NCBI GenBank assembly: GCA_902580485.1
Contig: CACHKS010000001.1
Span: 16,959 to 80,958 of the forward strand
Reading direction: 5' to 3'
Length of the DNA stretch: 64,000 nt
Source: an uncultured Pelagibacteraceae bacterium
Lineage (GTDB): Bacteria; Pseudomonadota; Alphaproteobacteria; Pelagibacterales; Pelagibacteraceae
The position numbers were made by a program, and so were the translations under genes. How positions within the stretch are numbered: position 1 is the stretch's first letter; the number at the start of each line of letters is the position of its first letter. The notes beneath the pieces are model-generated. The model made no database searches, was not told where the DNA came from, and worked only from the letters and a program-made list of their open reading frames with translations. Positions 11,490-21,545 of the stretch are shown here, in pieces.

Positions 11490-12540
11490 AGATTTTTTTA
11501 ATAATTCTAAAATTCTTCCAGTTGATAAATTTGTTGAAAATGTTCTTTATAATAAAAAAGTTGGTTATTACTCGTCGAAGATCCCTTTTGGAAAGACTGG
11601 AGATTTTTTAACTGCGCCAGGAATATCAAATTTATTTTCTGAGATAATTGGAATTTGGCTTGTAACAACCTGGAACAGCTTAGGTAGACCTAAAAAATTT
11701 AATATAGTTGAACTTGGCCCTGGAGATGGAAGTCTTACTAAAATTCTACTTAAAACTTTTAAACAATTTCCTTTGTTCTACAAGGCAACTAATATTTTTT
11801 TATATGAGAAAAGTAATTTATTAAAAAACTTACAGAAAAAAAATATAGATAGTTTAAAAGTAAAATGGATAAAAAATTTTTCTAATATTAAAAAAGGACC
11901 AATTATATTTTTTGGTAATGAGTTTTTTGACGCTATACCTGTTAAACAATTTTCTCGTAGAAGAAATCTTTTATTTGAAAAATATTATTCTTTAAATAAA
12001 AATAATAAAATTGATCAGATTTATAAAAAAGCATCCAGAAAAGATGTTTTGTATATTAAGAGGTTTAAAATTTTAAAAAATTTAAAATTTGTTGAATTTC
12101 CAAAACTAGGGCTTAATGAATTATCTAAAATAATTAAAAAGATATCAAAGCTTGAGGGAGGTCTTTTGCTAATTGATTACGGTTATTTAAAGCCTAAAAA
12201 TATAAATACTTTACAATCGCTTATAAAACATAAACGAAATAAATTATTAGATAATTTGGGTAAGGCAGACATTACATCTTTGGTAAATTTTAAGCTTTTA
12301 AATGAGTATTTTATGAAAAATAATTTAAAAGTAAAAAAAATTGTCACTCAAAAGTTTTTTTTAGAAAAAATGGGGATTATAGAACGAGCTAATAACTTAA
12401 GTCAAAAAATGAATTTCACAGAAAAATCTAATTTATATTTAAGATTAAAAAGATTGTTGGATACAAAATTGATGGGTAGTTTATTTAAGGTAATTTTTGC
12501 TTATAAATCTAAAAAAGATAATTTTCTAGGATTTGAATAA
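11476..12540 (+). CDS. MidA/NDUFAF7-family SAM-dependent methyltransferase
   Basis: GDFLTAP, ELGPGDG, NEFFDA, IDYG, ADIT, MGSLFKV. Confidence 0.9.
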   Translation: MISNKDFFNNSKILPVDKFVENVLYNKKVGYYSSKIPFGKTGDFLTAPGISNLFSEIIGIWLVTTWNSLGRPKKFNIVELGPGDGSLTKILLKTFKQFPLFYKATNIFLYEKSNLLKNLQKKNIDSLKVKWIKNFSNIKKGPIIFFGNEFFDAIPVKQFSRRRNLLFEKYYSLNKNNKIDQIYKKASRKDVLYIKRFKILKNLKFVEFPKLGLNELSKIIKKISKLEGGLLLIDYGYLKPKNINTLQSLIKHKRNKLLDNLGKADITSLVNFKLLNEYFMKNNLKVKKIVTQKFFLEKMGIIERANNLSQKMNFTEKSNLYLRLKRLLDTKLMGSLFKVIFAYKSKKDNFLGFE

Positions 12541-13310
12541 TGTTTTACTCAAAAAAATTTAAAAAATTTAATAATATTAAGCATTGTTTCTTCTCCAGAA
12601 AGGGAGGATTTTCAAAAGGAATTTACCAAAGCCTCAACTGTGGCAAAGGATCAAAAGACAATAAACAAAATGTTATAAGAAACTTATCTTTGGTTTCAAA
12701 AAAAATGAAAATACATCCGAAAAAACTATATCTGATGTATCAGACTCATAGTAATAAAGTAATTGTCATTAATAAAAGAAATCAAAATTCTAAAAGATTT
12801 AACTCTGACGCACTAATAACAAAGCTGAGAGGAGTTGCTCTAGGAGTTGTAACAGCAGATTGTGTTCCAATTATTCTTTATGATACTCAAAATCAAATAA
12901 TTGCTTGTATTCATGCTGGTTGGAAAGGAGCCTCATCTGGAATAATAGAAAATACAGTAAAAAAATTTAAAAAATTTAATTCAAAAAATAAAATTTTTGC
13001 AAGTGTAGGGCCATGTATAGGTTTAAAAAACTACGAAGTTGATTTAAATTTTTATAAAAGGTTTGTAACTAAATCAAAAAATAACACTACTTATTTTTTA
13101 AAAAAAAATAAATTTAAAAAATTATTTAATTTAAGAAAATACGTTAATGATAAACTTGTCAGACTTAAGGTTAAAGTTGATCATGTGAACTATGACACGT
13201 TTAAAGAAAAAAGAAGATTTTTTAGCTATAGAAGATCTCAAAAATTAGGTGATAATGATTATGGAAGAAGTATTTCTGTGATTAGTTTGACAAATTTTAG
13301 CCAAAATTAA
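12540..13310 (+). CDS. pgeF: Peptidoglycan editing factor / purine nucleoside phosphorylase YfiH
   Basis: QTHS, TADCVPI, HAGWKG, FFSYRR. Confidence 0.93.
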   Translation: MFYSKKFKKFNNIKHCFFSRKGGFSKGIYQSLNCGKGSKDNKQNVIRNLSLVSKKMKIHPKKLYLMYQTHSNKVIVINKRNQNSKRFNSDALITKLRGVALGVVTADCVPIILYDTQNQIIACIHAGWKGASSGIIENTVKKFKKFNSKNKIFASVGPCIGLKNYEVDLNFYKRFVTKSKNNTTYFLKKNKFKKLFNLRKYVNDKLVRLKVKVDHVNYDTFKEKRRFFSYRRSQKLGDNDYGRSISVISLTNFSQN

Positions 13311-13364
13311 TAACTATATTAATAATTGTTAAAGCTCTTTAACGAAAAACTTAACAACAAAAAT

Positions 13365-13691
13365 ATGGATCAATTAGAACTGGATTTATATCCTTATAGA
13401 TCAAAAACTATTAGTGAGGGAGAAAATCAAATATTTTCTTGGCATGACAACATTAGTGAGGATAAAGATAAAATTTGTTACCATGAAAGCGTATATGTCA
13501 AAAATCAAGGAATGGATCTTGAGGATTGGTTGCATATTAAAAGACAAAACTTAGGCAAACTCACTCTTGACTACTTTTATTCTTTGCTAAAAAATAGCAA
13601 AAAAGCAAGATTAAGTTTTCTAAAAAAATTTTTAACTCGAAATAAAATAGTTTATGAAACAGGATCTTGGGAAAGTATTGATTATAATTAA
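13365..13691 (+). CDS. Hypothetical protein, 108 aa from ATG 13365 (track start TTG 13326)
   Basis: Open frame filling the pgeF-prs gap; no family recognised. Confidence 0.6.
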   Translation: MDQLELDLYPYRSKTISEGENQIFSWHDNISEDKDKICYHESVYVKNQGMDLEDWLHIKRQNLGKLTLDYFYSLLKNSKKARLSFLKKFLTRNKIVYETGSWESIDYN

Positions 13692-13755
13692 TAAGATAAT
13701 TGATTGGATTTGGTTTGAAAACATTTGAAAATAACTGTATAAATAATTACATTTC

Positions 13756-14688
13756 ATGAAAATTTTATCTGGAACTAGCAATCTTAAATTAAGCAAGGAT
13801 ATTTCAAAAAAATTAAAATTAAAGCTAGTCAATACTAATATTAGAAGATTTGCTGATGGTGAAATTTATATTGAGATAAATGAAAATATTAGAGGCAATA
13901 GTGTTTTTGTAATTCAATCTACTTCTAATCCTGCAAATGATAATTTAATGGAACTTCTACTAGTTATAGATGCATTAAAAAGATCTTCGGCAAAAAATGT
14001 TACGGCTGTGATACCTTATTTTGGTTACGCTAGACAAGACAGAAAAGTAGCTCCAAGAACTTCTATCTCTGCAAAAGTTGTTGCTAACCTTATTACGAAT
14101 GCTGGAGCAAGTAGAGTCGTTACGGTAGATTTGCACGCTGGGCAAATTCAAGGGTTTTTTGATATGCCAGTAGATAACTTGTTTACTACTCCTCTTTTTG
14201 CAAAATTTATTAAAAGAAAATTAAATAACAAAAAATTAATTTGTGTTTCACCTGACGTTGGTGGAGTTCAAAGAACAAGAGGATTAGCTACGAGAATAAA
14301 AGCAGATCTTGCAATTATCGATAAAAGAAGGCCTGCACCAGGTAAATCTCAGGTTATGAACATTATAGGAGATGTAAAAAACAAAACATGTATTATCGTA
14401 GATGATATAATTGATAGTGGTGGAACAATTGTAAATGCAGTTGATGCGCTTAAAAAAAGTGGAGCTAATGAAGTTTATGTTTTTATTACACATGCAGTTT
14501 TAAGTGGAGATGCTGTTAAAAAAATTAAAAATTCAAAAATTAAGAAACTAATAATTACAGATACTATTGATAACTCCCAAAAAATTAAAAATAACAATAA
14601 AATAGAGGTCTTATCTATCTCCTCCTTGATGTCTGAGGCAATTAAAAGAATAGCTAATTCAAACTCAGTATCAGATTTATTTAATTAA
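13756..14688 (+). CDS. prs: Ribose-phosphate pyrophosphokinase
   Basis: FADGE, YARQDR, DLHAGQIQGFF, VDDIIDSGGT. Confidence 0.98.
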   Translation: MKILSGTSNLKLSKDISKKLKLKLVNTNIRRFADGEIYIEINENIRGNSVFVIQSTSNPANDNLMELLLVIDALKRSSAKNVTAVIPYFGYARQDRKVAPRTSISAKVVANLITNAGASRVVTVDLHAGQIQGFFDMPVDNLFTTPLFAKFIKRKLNNKKLICVSPDVGGVQRTRGLATRIKADLAIIDKRRPAPGKSQVMNIIGDVKNKTCIIVDDIIDSGGTIVNAVDALKKSGANEVYVFITHAVLSGDAVKKIKNSKIKKLIITDTIDNSQKIKNNNKIEVLSISSLMSEAIKRIANSNSVSDLFN

Positions 14689-14739
14689 TACTTGTTTTAT
14701 TAAATAAGTTGAGTTATATAGCTTTTCCAATAAAATTAA

Positions 14740-15513
14740 ATGAGTAACTTAAAAGCAACAAAAAGAGACAACACTTCATCTAGCTCAAATAGTAAGTTGA
14801 GAGCAACCGGGTTTATTCCAGCAATTTTGTATGGAGGAAAAGATCCTAATCAAAAAATTTCTATAGAGAAAAAAGCCGTAAGAGACATAATTAAATCTGA
14901 TAATTTTTTATCTAAAGTTTTGGAACTTGATGTTGAGGGAAAAAAAGAAAAAGTTTTACCTCGAGATGTTGCTTACCATGTAGTTTCGGAAGAGCCTATT
15001 CATATTGATTTCATGAGAGTTGTATCGGGCAAAAAAATTGTTTTAGAAATACCAGTTAAATTCATTAATCATCCAGACTCTCCGGGATTAAAAAGAGGTG
15101 GGGTTTTAAATATAGTTAGAAGGGCAGTAGAATTAAAATGCCCAGCTGAAAGTATTCCTGATGATATAACTATTGATTTAACAGGTACAGATATTGGAAC
15201 TAGCTTAAAAATTTCTTCTGTGAAATTAGGAGAAAACATTGTCCCTACAATAACTGACAGAGATTTTGTAATTGCAACAGTTGCGGCTCCAACCATAATT
15301 AAAGAACCTGAAAAACCTGCAGAAGGAGAAGCGGTTGAAGGTGCGGAAGGAGAGGCTCCAGCTGAAGGCGAAGAACAAGTAGCTAAAGATGCTGATCCAA
15401 CAAAAAAAGATGAAAAAGGTAAAGAGGCTGCTGGAGACAAGAAACCAGATGGAGATAAAAAGTCTGCTGGAGATAAAAAGCCTTCTGAAAAAAAACCTGC
15501 TGAAAAGAAATAA
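14740..15513 (+). CDS. rplY: 50S ribosomal protein L25/Ctc with long charged tail
   Basis: IPAILYG, HIDF, GLKRGGVL. Confidence 0.96.
   Translation: MSNLKATKRDNTSSSSNSKLRATGFIPAILYGGKDPNQKISIEKKAVRDIIKSDNFLSKVLELDVEGKKEKVLPRDVAYHVVSEEPIHIDFMRVVSGKKIVLEIPVKFINHPDSPGLKRGGVLNIVRRAVELKCPAESIPDDITIDLTGTDIGTSLKISSVKLGENIVPTITDRDFVIATVAAPTIIKEPEKPAEGEAVEGAEGEAPAEGEEQVAKDADPTKKDEKGKEAAGDKKPDGDKKSAGDKKPSEKKPAEKK
15430..15510 (+). repeat. Three imperfect 18-bp tandem units (xGDKKx) plus two degenerate units in the rplY tail
   Basis: gctggagacaagaaacca / gatggagataaaaagtct / gctggagataaaaagcct. Confidence 0.8.
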
Positions 15514-15518
15514 TTAAT

Positions 15519-16091
15519 ATGCTTTTACTTGTCGGATTAGGAAATCCTGGTTCTAATAGTGTTAATAACAGACACAATATAGGTTTTAAAATTATAGATG
15601 CAATCAATGCACATTTTAAACTTTCTAAACAAAAACCTAAGTTTAAAGGATTGCTGACAACGGGAAGTATAGAGTCTAAAAAAATTTATGCTATTAAACC
15701 TCTAACTTTTATGAATAACTCTGGAACAGCTATTAAAGAATTAATTGACTACTTTAAAATTGATGCAAAAGATGTTTTTGTTTTTCATGATGATATGGAT
15801 ATTGATTTTGGAAAGATAAAAGCAAAATTTGGTGGAAGTAGCGCAGGTCATAACGGCATAGACTCTATAGATAAATTTATTGGAAAAGAATATTCTAGAG
15901 TTCGAATAGGCATAGGTCATCCTAAACAGAAAAAGAAAGTTAACAATCATGTTTTAGAAGATTTTAAAGAAGATGAGGAAGAAAAAATTAAAGAGATTAC
16001 TGAAAATATTGTTAAGTTAATACCTACCCTGATTGAGAAAAAAATGGATTTGTTCTCAAGCAAAGTTAATCAAAATCTTAATGGGATTTAA
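15519..16091 (+). CDS. pth: Peptidyl-tRNA hydrolase
   Basis: GLGNPG, RHNIG, FMNNSG, HDDMD, GHNG. Confidence 0.97.
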   Translation: MLLLVGLGNPGSNSVNNRHNIGFKIIDAINAHFKLSKQKPKFKGLLTTGSIESKKIYAIKPLTFMNNSGTAIKELIDYFKIDAKDVFVFHDDMDIDFGKIKAKFGGSSAGHNGIDSIDKFIGKEYSRVRIGIGHPKQKKKVNNHVLEDFKEDEEEKIKEITENIVKLIPTLIEKKMDLFSSKVNQNLNGI

Positions 16092-17151
16092 ATGTGGGAT
16101 TGTTGGGCTTCCAAACGTTGGTAAGTCAACCCTATTTAATGCTCTAACTGCTTCAAAAAATGCTGAAGCAGCCAACTTTCCTTTTTGTACAATTGATCCA
16201 AATATAGGAATAGTAGATGTGGTGGATGAAAGATTAGATCGATTATCAAAATTATCTAAATCTAAAAAAAAAATTTACACTAATATTACCTTTGTTGATA
16301 TTGCTGGATTAGTCAAAGGTGCTTCTAAAGGTGAAGGTTTAGGCAATAAATTTCTTTCTCATATTAGAGAAGTAGATGCCATTATACACTTAGTAAGATG
16401 TTTTGACTCGAATAAGGTTACTCACGTAAATTCAGAAATAAATCCTTCTAATGACTTGGAGACTATCAAAACAGAGATAATACTCTCAGATATAGATGTA
16501 ATACAAAAAAAATTAGAAAAAGGTAAAAAAAAGCTTCTTAAAGAAAAAGAAATAGAGATATTAGAGAAAAAATTAGAACAATTAAATCAAAATATAGATG
16601 CAACCATTGAAAATGAAGATGAAAGCAAATTTTTATCTACTGCAGGTTTATTAAGTATCAAGCCTAAAATAATTGTTTGTAATGTTGATGAAGTAAGTTT
16701 AACTAAGGGAAATAAGTATACGGAAAGCATCAAATCAAACTACCCTAATGAAAAAATTATAAACATTTGCGCAGATATAGAAGATCAAATTATGGGATTA
16801 GATAAAATTGAAAAAGAAACATTCATGAAAGAAATAGGTCTTAATAAAACTGGTCTTAATCAATTAATAAAACAAGGTTATGATCTTTTGAAATTAGATA
16901 CCTTTTTTACATCAGGCCCAGAAGAAAGCAGAGCTTGGACAGTTAAAAAAAATACATTAGCACCTAAAGCAGCAAGTGTAATTCATACTGATTTTGAAAA
17001 AAATTTTATACGAGCAGAAGCTGTATCCTGCGAAGATTTTATAAAATTTGGTAGTGCAGAAAAGTGTAAAGAAAATGGAAAATTAAGAATAGAGGGTAAA
17101 GAATATATTGTTAAAGACGGAGATGTATTATATTTCAGAGTCAATCCTTGA
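16081..17151 (+). CDS. ychF: Ribosome-binding ATPase YchF (start corrected to ATG 16081)
   Basis: MGFKCGIVGLPNVGKST, DIAGLV, C-terminal TGS domain. Confidence 0.97.
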   Translation: MGFKCGIVGLPNVGKSTLFNALTASKNAEAANFPFCTIDPNIGIVDVVDERLDRLSKLSKSKKKIYTNITFVDIAGLVKGASKGEGLGNKFLSHIREVDAIIHLVRCFDSNKVTHVNSEINPSNDLETIKTEIILSDIDVIQKKLEKGKKKLLKEKEIEILEKKLEQLNQNIDATIENEDESKFLSTAGLLSIKPKIIVCNVDEVSLTKGNKYTESIKSNYPNEKIINICADIEDQIMGLDKIEKETFMKEIGLNKTGLNQLIKQGYDLLKLDTFFTSGPEESRAWTVKKNTLAPKAASVIHTDFEKNFIRAEAVSCEDFIKFGSAEKCKENGKLRIEGKEYIVKDGDVLYFRVNP

Positions 17152-17913
17152 CCAAATCCTCTTCATGCTTAAATAAACTAAAATAGTTAAAAGTATCAAG
17201 TATATTATAACTTTAAATCCAACTCTGTGTCTCTCTTCTAATTCTGGTTCAGCTGCCCACGCTAAGAAGGTAGTTACATCTTTCGCCATTTGATCCATGG
17301 TAGCTTCTGTGCCATCAGAATACTCTACAATGCCATCAGAAAGTGGTGATGCCATTTTTATTTTTTGACCGATCATGTATTTATTATAATAAACACCATC
17401 ATCTAACTTCATGCCTGCTGGTGGCTCTTCATATCCCATTAAAACTGAATACATATAGTCTGCTCCACCTGGACGTGCTTTAACAAGTACTGACATGTCA
17501 GGGGGGTAAGCTCCACCATTTGCAACTGTTGAGGCCTGAACATTTGGATATGGGCTCTTAAATTTATCTGATGGTTTACCTGGCCTTGTAAACATCTCTC
17601 CTTGACTATCTGGACCATCCTCAATTTCAACACTAGCGGCAATAGCTTTTACTTCTTCCTGAGTAAATTCTGGACCTCCAGGCTCACCTAAATTTCTATA
17701 ACTCAAATATTGCATCGAATGGCAAGATGCACACACTTCTTTGTAAACTTGAAAACCTCTTTGTAATGAGGCTCTGTCAAATTTACCAGTTAATTCTTTA
17801 AAGCTCCAATTAACTTTTATTGGGTCAATAGTTTCTGCGCTGAATAAAGGCTTGATAAAGATTAGTGTTGATAAAGTTACAATAATTAATCTTTTAAAGT
17901 TAAATCTTATCAT
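17128..17913 (-). CDS. petC: Cytochrome c1
   Basis: CASCH heme motif, signal peptide, C-terminal TM. Confidence 0.96.
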   Translation of the reverse strand: MIRFNFKRLIIVTLSTLIFIKPLFSAETIDPIKVNWSFKELTGKFDRASLQRGFQVYKEVCASCHSMQYLSYRNLGEPGGPEFTQEEVKAIAASVEIEDGPDSQGEMFTRPGKPSDKFKSPYPNVQASTVANGGAYPPDMSVLVKARPGGADYMYSVLMGYEEPPAGMKLDDGVYYNKYMIGQKIKMASPLSDGIVEYSDGTEATMDQMAKDVTTFLAWAAEPELEERHRVGFKVIIYLILLTILVYLSMKRIWSRIDSEI

Positions 17914-19159
17914 AATCCTTCTTAGCTAAAGCTGGGTCTCCGCCGCTTGATAAAACGGGTGCAGATATACTCATAGGCACTGGATCAGTTTTTTCTAATA
18001 AGCCTACAACTGGTAAAACCACTATAAAATGTAAAAAATAATAAATAGTTCCAATTCTTGCTAAAGCTAAATAAATACCCTCTGCTGGCATTGCCCCCAT
18101 ATATCCTAGCAATAAAACATCAACTACAAATATCCAATAAAAATATCTATACATAGGTCTAAACACTGCAGACCTAACTTTCGATGTGTCTAACCAAGGA
18201 AGAACAAAAAGAATAAATATTGATCCGAACATTAAGATTACTCCTCCTAATTTATCTGGAACAGATCTTAATATTGCATAAAATGGTAGCAGATACCATT
18301 CAGGAACAATGTGAGCTGGAGTAACTAACGGATTAGCTGGAATATAGTTGTCTGAGTGACCTAATACATTAGGTGAAAAAAATACAAACCCTGAAAAAAT
18401 AATCATGAATAATAATAAAGCAAAAGCATCTTTAATAGTGATGTATGGATGAAAAGGCACTGTATCTTTAGAAGGTTTTTTGAGATCTATTCCTATTGGA
18501 TTGTTATTGCCTGGAACATGTAATGCCCAAATATGTAAAACTACTAATCCTAAAATTAAAAAAGGAAATAAGTAATGTAAGCTAAAAAATCTATTTAAAG
18601 TTGGATTATCAACTGAATAGGCTCCCCATAACCAAGTCGTTATACTTTCTCCAATTAAAGGTATCGCGCTAAATAAACTTGTTATTACAGTAGCTCCCCA
18701 AAAACTCATTTGGCCCCAAGGTAGTACATAGCCCATAAAAGCTGTTGCCATCATTAATAAATAAATTAATAAACCTATAATCCAAATCACTTCTCTTGGT
18801 GATTTGTAAGAACCATAGAATAAAGATCTAAAAATATGAATGTAAACTGCTAGAAAAAACATTGATGCACCATTACTATGTATATATCTAATTAACCATC
18901 CATAGTTTACATTTCTCATGATATGTTCTACGCTTGCAAAAGCTAGATCCGCATGTGCAACATAATGCATAGCTAAAACTATTCCTGTAATAATTTGAGT
19001 TAGCAAACAAAAAGTTAATATTCCACCAAAAGTCCACCAATAGTTTAAATTTTTCGGAGTTGGATAATCAGTCAGATGGGAACCTAAGGTTAGTAAAGGT
19101 AAACGGTCGTTAAACCATTTTCCTGCTTTTGATTTCGGTGTATACTCTTGATCACTCAT
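17900..19159 (-). CDS. petB: Cytochrome b
   Basis: [18 protein letters not shown]. Confidence 0.98.
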   Translation of the reverse strand: MSDQEYTPKSKAGKWFNDRLPLLTLGSHLTDYPTPKNLNYWWTFGGILTFCLLTQIITGIVLAMHYVAHADLAFASVEHIMRNVNYGWLIRYIHSNGASMFFLAVYIHIFRSLFYGSYKSPREVIWIIGLLIYLLMMATAFMGYVLPWGQMSFWGATVITSLFSAIPLIGESITTWLWGAYSVDNPTLNRFFSLHYLFPFLILGLVVLHIWALHVPGNNNPIGIDLKKPSKDTVPFHPYITIKDAFALLLFMIIFSGFVFFSPNVLGHSDNYIPANPLVTPAHIVPEWYLLPFYAILRSVPDKLGGVILMFGSIFILFVLPWLDTSKVRSAVFRPMYRYFYWIFVVDVLLLGYMGAMPAEGIYLALARIGTIYYFLHFIVVLPVVGLLEKTDPVPMSISAPVLSSGGDPALAKKDYDKI

Positions 19160-19167
19160 AAAAACTT

Positions 19168-19689
19168 TTATCCAATTTTAATTGTATTGTTATCAACAAA
19201 TTCAAATTTAGGTATCTCCATATTAGTTGGAGCTGGTCCTTTTCTAATTCTTCCAGATAAATCATAGTGGGAGCCGTGACATGGACAAAACCAACCTTTA
19301 AAATCACCTTTATCTTTTAAAGGCACACACCCAAGGTGTGTACAAACGCCCAACATTACTAGCCACTCCTCTTTACCTTGTTTAACTCTATCTTCATCTT
19401 TTTGAGGATCTGGCAAATCTTTTAAGCTAACAGATCTTGCTTCAGTTATTTCTTCTTGTGTTCTTCTTTTAAGAAAAACCGGTTTTCCTCTCCATAAAAC
19501 TGTAATTGATTTTCCTGGTTCAATTTGACTAATGTCTACTTCAGTTGTTGCGAGAGCTTGTTGCGCTTTATCTGGATTCATTTGATGAACTAAAGGCCAC
19601 ACCACTGCTCCTAGACCAACTGCTCCAACTGTATAGCTAGCTGTAAATAAAAAATCTCTTCGATTTACTTTCTTTTCTTCTTTGCTCAT
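19168..19689 (-). CDS. petA: Rieske Fe-S subunit of the bc1 complex
   Basis: Tat RRDFL, CTHLGC, CPCHGS. Confidence 0.98.
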   Translation of the reverse strand: MSKEEKKVNRRDFLFTASYTVGAVGLGAVVWPLVHQMNPDKAQQALATTEVDISQIEPGKSITVLWRGKPVFLKRRTQEEITEARSVSLKDLPDPQKDEDRVKQGKEEWLVMLGVCTHLGCVPLKDKGDFKGWFCPCHGSHYDLSGRIRKGPAPTNMEIPKFEFVDNNTIKIG

Positions 19690-19745
19690 TTATTATGTAT
19701 GTGTTTATAATGTAAGTATTAAATAAATCTAAATTTTAATATTTA

Positions 19746-19763
19746 CTAGGGTCAGAATGACAC
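19746..19763 (-). promoter_or_regulatory. Putative RegA/RegR/PrrA-type box upstream of petA
   Basis: GTGTCATTCTGACCCTAG on the minus strand; GTCA-N3-TGAC dyad; similar copy at 49471-49488. Confidence 0.55.
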
Positions 19764-19791
19764 ATAAATTAAGGAAAAATAAGCAAAAGTA

Positions 19792-20241
19792 ATGCACATA
19801 GCTCTATATAAGCCTGACATACCTCAAAACACTGCAGCAATAGTAAGATTAAGCTCATGTTTAGGCCTTAAGCTGCATATTGTAGAACCGTGCGGTTTTA
19901 GCTTAGAAGACGCAAGGTTTAAAAGAGTTGTAATGGACTATATTGGGTTAAACAAAATTTTTCGATATGAAGACTATGATATATTTTTAAAAAAAAACTC
20001 AAAATCTAGAATTATTTTAATGACAACTAAAGCTAAAAAATCATATCTTAAATTTAAATTCAAGAATAGCGATATACTTTTGTTTGGAAGAGAAAGTAAG
20101 GGTGTTCCAGAAAATTTACATAAAACAATAAAAAATAAATTAAAAATTCCCATTAGTAAAAAAACCCGTTCTCTTAACGTTGCTATGACAGTTGCTATAG
20201 TAGCTTCAGAAGCTTTAAGACAAAATAATTTTTTAAAATAA
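19792..20241 (+). CDS. trmL: tRNA (cytidine34-2'-O)-methyltransferase, SPOUT family
   Basis: PDIPQNT, FGRESKG, RSLNVA. Confidence 0.92.
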   Translation: MHIALYKPDIPQNTAAIVRLSSCLGLKLHIVEPCGFSLEDARFKRVVMDYIGLNKIFRYEDYDIFLKKNSKSRIILMTTKAKKSYLKFKFKNSDILLFGRESKGVPENLHKTIKNKLKIPISKKTRSLNVAMTVAIVASEALRQNNFLK

Positions 20242-21065
20242 TGATTAATTCTGATTTTAGAAAAAAAATGGCTGATAGTTGGTTTTCTTTTTTGCAAAGC
20301 CAAATTTGTAAAGAATTTGAAATTTTTGAAAAAGGAAAAAAAAAATTTATAAGAAGAGACTGGTATAAAAAAAATAAAAATGAGGGAGGTGGAACATCTT
20401 TTTTACTTTCAAAAGGAAATATTTTTGAAAAAGTAGGAGTTAACAAATCAACTGTTTCTGGAACATTTTCAAAAGAATTTAGAGGAAAAATATTGGGAGC
20501 AAAAAAAGATGGAAAATATTGGGCATCTGGTATTTCAGTTGTTGCTCATATGAAAAATCCAAAAATACCTGCCATACACTTTAATACACGATTTATAGTA
20601 ACAGCTAAAGAATGGTTTGGAGGAGGAATGGACGTAACTCCAAGTTATAAGGACGCTAAAGAAAAGAATTTAGTTCATAATATTTTGAAAAAAGTATGCT
20701 TTAAAAATAAAAAGAATTATAAAAAATATAAAAAATGGTGTGATAATTATTTTTATTTGCCTCATAGAAATGAAATTAGAGGAATAGGTGGAATATTTTT
20801 TGATTATGAAAGTGGTAATTGGATCAAAAATTTTAAGTTTGTTAGAGAACTTGGATTGTCTTTTATAGACATATCTAAAAAAATTATTAAAAGAAAAAAT
20901 AAATTAAAATGGAAACAGAAAGATAAAGAAAAACAATTAATTAAAAGAGGGAGATATGTTGAGTTTAATCTATTATATGATAGAGGTACAAAATTTGGCT
21001 TAAACTCAGGTGGAAATATAGAATCAATATTAATGTCATTACCGCCAGAAGCCAAGTGGAAATAA
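20241..21065 (+). CDS. hemF: Oxygen-dependent coproporphyrinogen III oxidase
   Basis: WFGGGMD, RGIGGIFFD, RGRYVEFNL.YDRGT. Confidence 0.97.
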   Translation: MINSDFRKKMADSWFSFLQSQICKEFEIFEKGKKKFIRRDWYKKNKNEGGGTSFLLSKGNIFEKVGVNKSTVSGTFSKEFRGKILGAKKDGKYWASGISVVAHMKNPKIPAIHFNTRFIVTAKEWFGGGMDVTPSYKDAKEKNLVHNILKKVCFKNKKNYKKYKKWCDNYFYLPHRNEIRGIGGIFFDYESGNWIKNFKFVRELGLSFIDISKKIIKRKNKLKWKQKDKEKQLIKRGRYVEFNLLYDRGTKFGLNSGGNIESILMSLPPEAKWK

Positions 21066-21068
21066 ATT

Positions 21069-21545
21069 ATGGATAAAGAACCTATTACAGTTATTGGTCT
21101 AAAAAATTTAAAATCTGAATTAGAAGATTTAAAAAATGTTCAAAGGCCCAAAGTAGTAGAGGCAATTGCTGAAGCAAGATCTCATGGTGATTTGAAAGAA
21201 AATGCTGAGTACCATGCTGCAAAAGAACAACAAGCTTTAATTGAAAGCAGAGTAATTGCAATTAATGATTTGATTGCTAGAGCCAATGTCATTGATGTAA
21301 CGAAAATTGATAATAATGGGAAAGTTATCTTTGGATCTACAGTAAAAGTTGAAGATTTAGACTCAAACAAAGTAATAACCTATAAGTTGGTTGGTCAAGA
21401 CGAAGCTGATATTTCAAAAAATTTAATATTTTATAAAAGCCCTATAGGAAAAGCTTTAATTAGCAAAAATAAAAATGATTTAGTAAGTGTAAGCACTCCA
21501 TCAGGTGAAAGAAATTTTGAGATAAAAGATGTTAAATATATTTAA
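21069..21545 (+). CDS. greA: Transcription elongation factor GreA
   Basis: HGDLKENAEYHAAK, SPIGKAL. Confidence 0.97.
   Translation: MDKEPITVIGLKNLKSELEDLKNVQRPKVVEAIAEARSHGDLKENAEYHAAKEQQALIESRVIAINDLIARANVIDVTKIDNNGKVIFGSTVKVEDLDSNKVITYKLVGQDEADISKNLIFYKSPIGKALISKNKNDLVSVSTPSGERNFEIKDVKYI

Noticed and set aside
16033-16080. TTG-start extension of ychF
   Set aside because: It lies inside pth; the conserved MGFKCG start is at 16081.
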